Below the pieces are notes generated by a model. The model worked only from the letters and a program-made list of their open reading frames with translations, did no database searches and was not told the DNA's origin. Made by a program: the position numbers and the translations under genes. A DNA stretch of 64,000 nucleotides from Takakia lepidozioides (lineage: Eukaryota; Plantae; Bryophyta), in assembly GCA_030704615.1 (NCBI GenBank), contig CM060734.1:39494001-39558000 (forward strand), read 5' to 3'. This document shows positions 11,915-29,200 of the stretch, piece by piece (the stretch's first letter is position 1; the number at the start of each line of letters is the position of its first letter).

Positions 11915-12199
11915 CAGTGTTTTTTATTCTGGCGAATAATCGCCAGATTTCGACCTGGAAAATGGGTCAGCTACTTTTACTAAGGAATTCTGGGATTAAA
12001 AATCGAGAAAATCGCCAGAAAGCGCCAAAGGATGAATACCAGGAGCCAGATTTGTCCTACGTGGACCTGTTAAAATATGACACCTGTAATATAGCCTCTT
12101 TTCCAGCTCTGTCTCCTCGTTATTCTCGCCACATGGGCGTTGGGTAGAATCTACATGTCACCCTGCCAGCGATTTTGGAAAAGTGAAAAAAAAACACTG
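11915..12199. mobile_element. hAT-type MITE
   Basis: 11-bp TIR cagtgtttttt / aaaaaacactg; 8-bp TSD atcccagc / atcctagc; second copy at 43525. Confidence 0.85.
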
Positions 12200-12902
12200 A
12201 TCCTAGCTAACCTTCCACAGAGATTTTCCATTCCAACTTTGTATTGTACATATAGAACACCTTACCAGTGGAGGACCATTTTAGGAAGCGACACGCATTC
12301 ATAAGAATGATGTTTACAACCAACACAGAAACATTACAATCAGTGCTGGAGAGAGTAAAATTTCACACAATGAGCATCTGCATCAAGCATAAATGCCTTT
12401 AGTAAGAGTGAAATGTAACGAGAGCAACTACAAAGCAAGCTTAGAGCCACAAGCAAGCTTAGCTAGAGAGTTGCATATTAGAACCAAGTTTTAGGTGATG
12501 CACCACAAATAACCATCGTCAAATAGTCAAATTTTACTGTTGCAACATATCGATATAAGAGCCTAGTAAAATCTGAATTCAGATAACCAGAGCTGAAGAT
12601 AGCAACATCCAAGGATAACAAGAGTCAAATGCACCAGGACAAAACTTCCAAGGAAAGACGCGCATAAGAAGAAACTATACAAAGAGGAAGGAACCAGCTC
12701 ACTTAGAGAGTCAATATAGAGTACGAACTAAAATATATCCTATAAAATGATGACATGCTTTGATAACTCCCACTAACTTTAGTTCCTCATAGGCAAAGGC
12801 TGCAAATATCCTAAGTTTCTTTGACAGGAAAGCAAGACTCCAACACGACAGTACTAGGATGCAAATCATAGAAACTCTAGACTTCAAAGCGAAAGAAAGA
12901 GA

Positions 12903-12990
12903 GAGAATGTACTCCTGAGATATTTGCTGTAGCCTTCTGGCCATAGACCCCACACGCAGAACAGAGAGAGGGGGACAGAGAAACAGAACG
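12903..12990 (-). mobile_element. Decayed 3' end of RTEX-like LINE
   Basis: gagaatgtactc...gtagccttctggccatagacccc resembles the family 3' terminus. Confidence 0.55.
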
Positions 12991-13745
12991 TAACTAACAC
13001 AAGTGGGCTGAAAGCTCCCCACTTGAGACTTGTTTGTTGTTGATCATTTTGAATAAATCAAAGGCTGAAATGCCATGTATGTACTTATTCTGTCTCAAAG
13101 GAGATGCAAAGCATACCTTTATCTTTAACTCAAGTGATAAAATGTACAGTTGAAAGACAAACAACTCACAAAAGTCCATCCTTTCTTACCCTAGACAAGC
13201 GCTCAATGTAGAAGTACAATTCAACTCGCAAGAGTTTTCAAAAATAGAATACCACCACCAAAGGAATTAGAACACTGAAGTGAGAATACATAGGAAGATT
13301 GGCAACAAAAACATCTACAATTTTTTTTAAGATTCTTAAAAATCATCAGGTAGTCACGTATTGATGTTAGAGTATAGACACACCTCAAAGTGATGTAAGG
13401 TTATCATCCCCGAGTCTTAGATTGAGAGCATCCTTCCAGTAGTGCACAGATGCACTTCATAACAATCTGCTTTCAGATGTTGCCTTTCCATAGTAGCATC
13501 TGACACCAATTCAATGTATCTACTGCTATATTAGAACAGTACAGTGTAAAGTGGGAGTGACTGAAACAATTGTCCAATATATCTGCCGTTCATTTAGACA
13601 AGTGATAAATACCTCTGAAAAGTGGGAGCAGTAGGTGAATTAATGTCTTTTTACTTGCCCAATATCTTTAGCCCAACAAGAGGTGGCTGTTTCCCTACCT
13701 GTAGACATGATATAAACAATTTGTTTGGGCTATGAGAGAGAGACA

Positions 13746-14088
13746 TTGTACTCATAAGACGTTGTTTGCCGTAGCCTTGTGGCCATTGACCCCGCGCCCA
13801 GTTTGAGCGGGAACAAAAGGGACAGAACCTACCTCTGTGAGGGGCTGACGTTGGTAGTAAGACTTACCTTCATATATAGAATTAATCCGGGTTTTCCAGA
13901 TATCCTCTAGAAATCCCTTCACACAAGCATCAATCTGCTGTGTGTGATTTGCCCAAAAACTAGGACTCAGGAGGGCCTGGGCTTTTGGCTCAGCCTCGAG
14001 ACTTTCAAAATTGGTAAACAGGGGTACAGGCACAATTCCCTTGATAGATTTGAAGAGAGCGTCTCTTTGGTAAGAGAACCCCGGACAG
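13746..14088 (-). mobile_element. 5'-truncated RTEX-like LINE 3' fragment
   Basis: Nearly identical to 37251-37592; ends ...[15 protein letters not shown]. Confidence 0.88.
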
Positions 14089-14989
14089 GAAAAACTACAG
14101 GAAAAACTAGTGGATAAGTCAAAACCACATTAGAAGGAGAGAGAGATCGAGAATGTACTCGTGATTTGACTTTGCTTGCTATAGCCTAGGGTTCAGCATG
14201 CAGTACCACTTGAGACTCGGACTAAAATTCTTGGATGCATATTCATCACAATCTTATGTGATTGCACGTGGTTGTTGATATCTAGACTGGTGGGGGACAT
14301 CCAGTTTGAATGCCCAATGAGTACTTCAACACTGTTCCTCTTGGCCACAATGTCACAATGCCAGTACATTTTATTCATGAGGCCAAAGAGAGTGCAATAA
14401 TTAGCCAGCATGTTGGCTATGACGCGCACTTTGTAGCATAGTGCTCATGGATACCAACCCTCACAATGATTCTCTGGTAGTCACCCACCAGGGAAATGAG
14501 ACTTGGCTGACTGATGGAGTGGTTGCCCATGGCCTCTGACAATATGCTTAGAAGGATGCATTACTATTCCATAAAAATGATCAAGCTGATCTTACATTGC
14601 TATTGTGGTCCTTTCCATACACCAGGAGCATAGTACTGATAGAAGGCTGCTATGAAGGATCACTGGCTTGATACTAATGCGTATGATGCTAATTGCAAGA
14701 GAGATAACATTTGCTTGACTCAAACTTAAGCTATTGTGTTCCAGTCAAAGCAGAGTCTTGATCTCGAAATTGCTCCTACGGCCCACTAATACAGCTTAAC
14801 TTGCACCATGCTAATTCCAACACTGCTGGCACATCCTATTGAGAGAATAATTACAAATTACATTTCAAACACATATGGCCCATTGCTGCCCCTCCCCTCC
14901 CCTCCCCTCACGCTGTACCACGCCATGAAGGCGCACCGATGGCCTCACAGTCTGCAACCCAACTCTCCTCTCCAAGAAGAACGACGGAA

Positions 14990-15100
14990 ACCCCACAGCC
15001 GGTTACCGGTTACCGGTACGCAGGTACGAGTCCCGAAAGAGTTAACTTTAAGTTAACTCAAGTTAAGTTAAGTTAAACTTAAGTAACTAAACCAGTTAAT
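14990..15100. promoter_or_regulatory. Putative bidirectional promoter between mtACP (-) and TrpRS (+)
   Basis: CpG-rich short gap between divergent starts, with tandem ccggtta, the palindrome gagttaactt-t-aagttaactc (15039-15059) and AAGTT repeats. Confidence 0.45.
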
Positions 15101-15209
15101 CACAAAAAGGAATTACCTACATATCCCATAATCCCAGTTTCACTACTCCTCGCGAGACCTCTTCTCTCCGCCGTGAGCCAGGCGTGGAGGAGCAGCTCAG
15201 CATCCAGCC

Positions 15210-22219
<7,010 letters not shown>

Positions 22220-22758
22220 ACCAATTTGTAGTCAGGTCATTGGCAGCCATGTAACACCCTGCCTTGTACTATATGCTCTGCCACATTTGGAAGGTGCATA
22301 AACATGATCTGGGCAATTCTTTCTCTGGCATGACTACTCCAATTGCTCTATCTTGTGCTGTCTGTGGAAGAAATTACGTTGCTTCATTCTGGGATTGTCT
22401 GCTTCCAAGCCTCCCACTTAAACTAAGTGAGGCGTGGGTGAAGTCAGCACTGATCCCAGCCGATCAGTAGAAGACTTGGATTTGAAGAGAACACATCCCG
22501 GATAGGTTGTTCCAGGGTTATTGGTCCATCCTTGCTCCTTCAAGGAGAAAGATAACAAAAGAGATGCTTGACGGTAGAGAAACCTCTGATCTCCCATCCA
22601 TTTCTAAGGACTGCCGTTAGGAACGACCAGTCCACCCTATTGAAAGCCTTCTCAATTCCAGGAGCCATAGGGCAAGAGCTTGATTGGAACTAGCAGCATG
22701 ATGGCTGATGGCACCATGAACATAATGCAAGATACGATCTTGCTTTTCAGGGGCGGTA

Positions 22759-23142
22759 CAGGAACTCGCAACTAGATCTCAACTATTATGTAGGCAACGT
22801 CGACGGGGTTTTGGTGCCGTATGGACACGTGCACCACAATTGAAGCTGTGTACTACAAGCACCCCGGAGACGAAGTGGGATCTTTCACAATACTGGCTTT
22901 TTGTATTAGGGCTGATGGAATCATGAATTATAATGCAAGATACGATCAAGGGTGAAGAGCAAGATCGTATCAATTCATGATGCCATCAGCCCTAATACAA
23001 AAAGCCAGTATTGTGAAAGATCTCACTTCGTCTCCGGGGTGCTTGTAGTACACAGCTTCAATTGTGGTGCACATGTCCATACGGCACCAAAACCCCGTCG
23101 ACGTTGCCTATATAATAGTTGAGATCTAGTTGCGTGTTCCTG
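22759..23142. repeat. Long inverted repeat (171-bp arms, 42-nt spacer); candidate hairpin-RNA locus
   Basis: Arms 22759-22929 and 22972-23142 are reverse complements with about five mismatches by eye; extra inner stem gatacgatc / gatcgtatc. Confidence 0.95.
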
Positions 23143-23241
23143 AGTGGTAAAGAGGCAGCAGGCCTTGAGAATACTCGCGGAACAGGTTTGGTCCCAAGCA
23201 AGTATAAGTAAAACCACCACAATTCTGTTTAGAACGGTCAT
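22972..23241 (-). pseudogene. Remnant of a small secreted-protein gene forming the right hairpin arm
   Basis: MTVLNRIVVVLLILAWDQTCSA reads as a signal peptide; the frame breaks downstream; TATA-like tract at ~23420-23431. Confidence 0.4.
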
Positions 23242-24524
23242 GCCTCAACATACACACACATCCATGAATTAATCATTCGTATCTTCGTCCGTTGGAAATT
23301 GAAACAATAAATGCATAGGATACATGTCGAGAGCATATTGTCATTCCAGAAGCGCGCTTCATCCAAATCCACGAGCAGTAGGTGGGTACGAGTTCGAAAA
23401 ATTTGAACAAAAAGTGAATTTTTTATAAAAAGTGCAGCCAAAGGTATCTATTAGTGCTGCACGGATAGTTGATATTTTTAATGGACAGGTTGATTATCGA
23501 GAATCTACTGCAAGACATGAAGATGACTGCAAAATCTTGCCATGGAAGCACCATTCTAAAATTCACTGACGAAAAGTATTTTGATCAGCAGGTAGTGCGG
23601 AAGATTGGAAGATGAGGAGCATACGGGTTCGAGGAGCAGATTAGAACTCCAAACGTACGATAAGTAATAGTATTGATTCATAGTTCATTAAATAACACTA
23701 GTACTAGTCAAATGAGATGAACAACACAAAACACATGAGGGAAGACGTAACAATTTCCAACTATTGGAGACATTTACTCACCAGACTGTGCTTGAGCTCC
23801 GTTGAGTACTGCCGACGTACAGAGCACAGCTAGAACCGCCATCTTTTGCCATGAATTAGCCATGATATTGATCTTCGCTAGGAGCTCACGTCGAGGAATG
23901 GATCACGGGAGACTGATGCTTGCAACTGTTGTCTATCTTCCTATTCACCAAGATGGCCTTAGATCAGAGCTGATATATGGTATGAGGATGGGAAGCTACT
24001 AGTGCTGAATCGATGTTATAATTGGCAGACCTGCAATTTTAAGTACTGTGAATGATGATGGAGTGTCACCTCTATCTTGCCTTCTTTAAATATACTCGGT
24101 TTAACCACTGGGTTATCGGGAACGGGGGTGGTGCGTTAATCCGGCTTGGATAACCACGTTTTGTTCTTGTTACCATATTGGACGGTGTGGTGTGTCGTTT
24201 ACGAACTTACGACTGATTTTTTATTGCGTGTGAAACACGTCATTTCCCTGCGGAAAGACCAATGTTGGGCGGGTATTACATTTTTTAATACCAGCCGGGT
24301 CCTAGTATTGAAAACAAATTGTATTTCAATACCAGCCTGGTTCCATAGTATTGGAATATTCACTTAATTCTAATATCCGCCGATTCTCAATAGTAGTATG
24401 ATTTTTAATTTGTGGACGGGTATCAATAGGACGGGTATTCCATTTGTAATACTAGACGATTATAAATAATTAAAACTAAAATTAAAACAACCACTAAATC
24501 ATTAATATGCCTTTAATTTAGAAG

Positions 24525-24525
24525 C

Positions 24526-24567
<42 letters not shown>
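24525..24567. repeat. (TA)n(GA)n microsatellite at the edge of a repeat related to 52217-52320
   Basis: Read directly; the next ~70 bp resemble 52243-52315. Confidence 0.8.
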
Positions 24568-25420
24568 GCCATGAGAGAATTTATTAAAGTGGGAAAAGAT
24601 ACAGGAGGAAAAAATAACCTTTTAGGCCCGTGAAGGCATGGGAACAAGGGGAACAACCCGAGGACTAAACAACAGCTGAAGGGACGTGGGAAAGTAGAAT
24701 GGGCAACACAGAGCCCAACAAAACATGGAGGTACTCTAGATCACAAGAGCAGAACACTAAGGATCAGAGCATAGCAAAGGGAAAAGTCGAGGGGAAAGAG
24801 CCTCCGGGAGCTAATGAACCATTCAAACAACGAATCGAAGACTAAGTCCAGAAAATCCTTTCGGAGCTGGACTGAGCCCAGAAGAGAAGCATACTTGATT
24901 CCACAAAGTAAATATTTTGTTGCAAAATTTAGACTTTGCATTACATAATAATATTGTGAATTTTAATACACAAAGTGAAGCGAGCCTCATTGTCAAACAT
25001 GCCAGCATCTGCAATAAGATCATCCTCTTCATCAATCGTATTATCTTTGAATACAGACCCTTGGAGTGTTTCTTGTTTGACACCGAGATTTTGTATTTGC
25101 AGAACAATAAGAGGCCCATGTTTGAAAGGGGGTGTGGGGATTAGAGAGTGGTCCAGGAATTAACTAGGGCCCACAGGGAACGGAAAAGCCTGTATTAAGG
25201 CTAAGAAGATGGCTCGGAGAGGGCTCGGAAAACGGCTCACCCTATGCCAGGGACATTAATACATGGATGGTGCGGCAGTGGGACCCAGCAGCCGTAGGCT
25301 TGGAGAAGTGTACGTGGTGGAGGCAACCTTCTAGAAGAGTCCCACCGCCCTCTAAGGGTATATAAAGAGAGTTTGGGGCTCTCTTCTCTCTTCCCATCTC
25401 ACTTACTACTTACTCATTTA

Positions 25421-25464
25421 CTAGTTACTAGTACCTAGGGGGCTCTGCACACGCAGGGCCCCCC
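25421..25464 (-). mobile_element. Helitron-type 3' terminus (GC hairpin plus CTAG|T) of a probable non-autonomous element carrying the SINE
   Basis: 11-bp stem gggggctctgc-acac-gcagggccccc (25438-25463) followed on the minus strand by CTAG|T at 25428 and at 25421. Confidence 0.6.
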
Positions 25465-25495
25465 AAAAAAAACACAAACCATGACTTAATAAATT

Positions 25496-25674
25496 TAAAG
25501 TAAAGTATGACGTCTCGCGAAGGGAGCGTAACTTATGGTGTCTCTTCACCACAAGGGCTCCTGCCTTCTAGCTGAAAGGTGGACACCTTCATGACACACC
25601 AGACCATGGTTTGAACCCACAACCACATCCAACGTGGTATGTGCCCATTACCACTAGGCTACATGCTGGTTATC
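25496..25674 (-). mobile_element. tRNA-derived SINE, second copy
   Basis: A-box tagcctagtgg, B-box ggttcaaacc, tttac tail and a ~13-bp degenerate TSD; homologous to 6918-7101. Confidence 0.87.
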
Positions 25675-25710
25675 GCTATAATAAATTAATAGAAGTAGAG
25701 CAAAGATGAA

Positions 25711-27490
25711 CTAGGGCTTCGCGTTGCTCCGCACTACTAGCGACGAATTCTGAGAACTACGTTCAATTGGCAAAAAAAGGGGCGGGTCATCCCCACACAT
25801 ACAGTGATTCTTTTGATAATTGGAAATATATACTATGCAGAAAACATGAGGAACAATGCAAAAGTATAACATAGGCATACCCCTATCTATGCCCAATTTG
25901 AACCCCATTTTCTGCCCAGTATGCACACACCCCCCCTCCCCCCGTCCCTCCCCAAGCATCAGAAATCACATCAAATAACCACCCCATGTAGCTGCATTGA
26001 TCGCCCTCCCGAAATAAGGAAAGAAAAAAAAACATCCAGAAAAATCGAGAAACCCAAGCCCTCCATAGCATCCCGACACTGAGCCTCGAAGGAAACAACA
26101 AATACCGACGCACACACCTATGGTACTCCCAACATCGGGCTGGATCCCACACAACAGCAAACCAGCACCACGCACACTACACCATTTTAAATTTAATGTA
26201 GTTTTGGAAATGGCTCAATTCTTCGATTGTTTATGCAATCTCTCAAGTGGGTTCTCATGGCGGATGTTGCGTATCGGGAATGTGCGGGATTTAATCCGAA
26301 TGCTATATCCATGGCATAAGCTATCGCAAATACGCCACAGGGTGAACCGTCAGTCTATTACATGACATCGGCATAGAAATAATTGAATTGTGGGACTGGG
26401 ATTAATTTCGCGAGATGTTGTTCTATTTCGGTTGATAGCTTCTTATCCGCGGGCATGCTGGAATCAAACACCGTACATTGACAATTTGTTTCGTTCGGAT
26501 TTATCATTGTTAGAATCCAATGGTTGTTGTTGACAAACACGTGATGCAAACACTTCTTGGTGTATTTCGTTCTACCCAGTAGAGTCGAATACGCATGTTG
26601 CTGGTAGTTTTTTGTTTCCAGTTCCTGATCAAATAGTATTTGCATCTCGGCCGCCAAATGCTGGTCACACAACCATCCATTGTCATCCAAGATGATTTGT
26701 TCGTCGTGCGCCAACAATAGGAGATCTTTGTGCCAATACGTTTCTTGGCGCAAATCGTGTTTTCTGTGTCGGATTGTTCGTCTTCGGAATCGATTTCTAT
26801 GATTTCGAGTGGTGTGGGAGCTAATTCTGAGCAAGTTTGGTTTTCATTTGATTCTATCGGTGTGGGATGTTTGGCTTCAGAATTGGTTGGCATTTTTAAT
26901 TCTCCGTACGTGTGTCTTGGTTGGAGCGTTTTGGCGGCAGGTTTTGTATTCACCGTGCTGATGTGTTCCGTGGTGTTGTGTGATTTTTTTTTTTGGACAT
27001 TACAATCGGCTTGTGGAGCCATGAACTCTAGTGAGTCTGTCTTGAATTTGGCTCTTTGGATATGTTCGAACTTAATGTCCCGAAGTATTACTAGTCCTTG
27101 TAGGGAACGCAAACGAGACAGTGTAACATAAATGTTGTGTATGTTCAAGGGGTGTCCATCTGGTGGTTTTTGCAAGTCGATGATTATCCTGTCGAAAGTT
27201 TTGCCTTGGCCTTTGTAGTCGGTTAGGCAGTATGCGGGTATCAGAGGCAATTGACGTCTGCTGATTTTGAATTTCTTTGGTTTTTTCAGTTCATCCTCCG
27301 TATGGTGATAATCGAACGTTCTTGAAACGGGTGTGATGGGCACTACATTTTCAGGGAGATTTTCTAAATTTATGTTTGGTGTTGACTGATGAATTCCTCG
27401 AAGTCGATTAATACGTGATTTGAAAGGTGCATTAAATTATCTTCCCGTACGATCCAATCGTCTTTTGTTGTCGAGATCCCCACTATTTGT
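25711..27490 (-). mobile_element. Helitron (Helitron2/HLE2-like) 3' portion: Pif1 helicase C-terminus fused to a Ulp1/C48 cysteine protease, degenerate
   Basis: Helicase RRQLPLIPAYCLTDYKGQGKTFDRIIIDL...YVTLSRLRSLQGL, then after one frameshift GWLCDQHL...NNHWIL...VFDSS...M**TDGSPCGVFAIAYA...MRTHLRDC..FP. Terminus ccCTAG|tt at 25711. Confidence 0.88.
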
Positions 27491-29200
27491 CAGACTGCGT
27501 GCACGGTTAGTACGGCATGCCCATGAGGAGTTGGGGCATTTTGGAGTGCGACGCACTCACAGTTTACTGCATGGGCAGTATTGGTGGCGTGGTATGCATA
27601 CAGAGGTGCAACACTTCGTGGCTACGTGCATGGTGTGTGACAGGGTGCGTGCTTCATTCAACACCCCTACACCACAGTTGCATCCTTTACCAATCATGGG
27701 ATTGGGCTACAGGTGGAGTCTTGACTTCGCAAGACCGTTGCCACTGACTATGTGTCACCACAGATATGTGTTGGTGATGGTGGAGCACTTCTCCAAGTGG
27801 ATTGAGTTGGTTCCATTGCCTGACAAGGCTAGTGAGGAGGCTGCGTATGCATTCTTGGATCATGTGCTTAGCCGATTTGGTGCTCCAGCTGAGGTACTCA
27901 CGGACCAAGGGAGAGAGTTCTTAGGGGAGTTTCATGTTTTGTGTGATAAAGCCTTGATAAACCACCGCACCACTTCTCGGGATCATCCTGAGGCCGATGG
28001 CTTAGCAGAGAGAGTTGTTCAGACGGTGAAGAGGGGTTTGCGCAAGTATGGCTTGCAGAAGGGACACCTAAGAGATTGGGATCTTCAGGTTCCTTGGTTA
28101 GCCATGGGCTACAGGTTCAGCAAACAAGCATCACTTGCCTCCTTCTCACCATATTTCCTTCTGTTTGGCCGAGAGCTGGATTTGCCTGCAGCCATTCGTA
28201 GGGACACTGCTCAAGTCCTTAACCTTGACGATCCGGACGTGTAGGTACGTGCATGTGATCAGCGTGCAGAGTTGTTCAAGAAAGTCATGCCCATGGCTTT
28301 TGAGAACCTTGCCATTGCACAACACCGTGATACATTGAGGTATGCCACTATACGTGGTGGAGGATATCGTCCTGGGGTTCGGAGGTTTAGCCCTGGTGAC
28401 TATGTTTATTTGCAGCAGACTGCTCCTACGACTCTGGATGTTACTGCAGGGCCTGAGGGTTCGAGAGGTGTTGCCCTCAGGGGTCCTGATCTTGGAGGGT
28501 CGGGATGGCATGACTTGGAAGGGCCATGTGCGTAATTGTGCGCCATGTCACCTTCCCAATGTCGATGGCAGAGTTGACCCAAACTTGGCAGTGGTACCTG
28601 CAGGTTTGAGGTGCATGCTCTGTGGGTCTGCCAAAGGAGCAGCCACCATGCTGGTGTGTGATCGATGCTCAAGGGGTTGGCATATGGGATGCTTGACACC
28701 ATCTCTTGAGAAGGTTCCTGACGGAGATTGGTTGTATCCACACTGCTTGGGATAGTGGCAGTGGACATGACTGGAGGCAGCTAACAAGACATGGGAGGCC
28801 AAGCTCATAGGAGTCAATACATGAGATCCCAAGCTCAAATTCACAGGTTGCAAGACGGCGACTAACGATGGGGCAACTCTTGCACCCGGCCTCTTGATCT
28901 ATCGAGTTTGAGTGTAGTAGGGATAGTGGTGGAGGACTTAGTGAGGCTATGATTACTATCATATCTTGTGGCTACCTGGACTTAGAGGGACCTGAGTACC
29001 AGCTAGGGGGGCGATTGTGTGGACTAGTGACTGCCATAGTGGGCAGCATAGTGGCAGCCTAGTGACTGACTAGTTGTAGCCTAGTGGTTGGACTAGTGGT
29101 TGGACTAGTGGTGGACTAGTGGTATACTAGTGTGTGGTGTGCACATGTGTTGTGTGGTTTTGGACAGCAATGTAGTTGTGTAGCGATATGTATGCGCACG
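27491..29200 (+). mobile_element. Ty3/gypsy fragment: integrase with C-terminal PHD finger, PPT ~29005-29015, partial 3' LTR from 29016
   Basis: HHCC (HEELGH...CMVC), DDE (WSLDF, LTDQG, GLAER), PHD CMLCGSAKGAATMLVCDRCSRGWHMGCL...W; one stop and one frameshift; LTR with ggactagtggt tandem repeats. Confidence 0.92.

Noticed and set aside
14150-14195. Another LINE 3' remnant (gagaatgtactc)
   Set aside because: The match is too short and diverged to call.
23560-24460. Possible solo LTR or other repeat with aatac..gtatt palindromes
   Set aside because: I could not define termini, a TSD or a second copy.
25496-25674. tRNA gene or 5S/Cassandra LTR
   Set aside because: It has A/B boxes but no convincing cloverleaf or 5S match; the tail, TSDs and dispersed copies indicate a SINE.
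26730-27131. 133-aa hydrophobic plus-strand ORF
   Set aside because: Antisense shadow of the Helitron ORF.
27420-27490. N-terminus of the 274-aa integrase ORF
   Set aside because: It is the antisense strand of the Helitron helicase read across a junction, not part of the gypsy protein.
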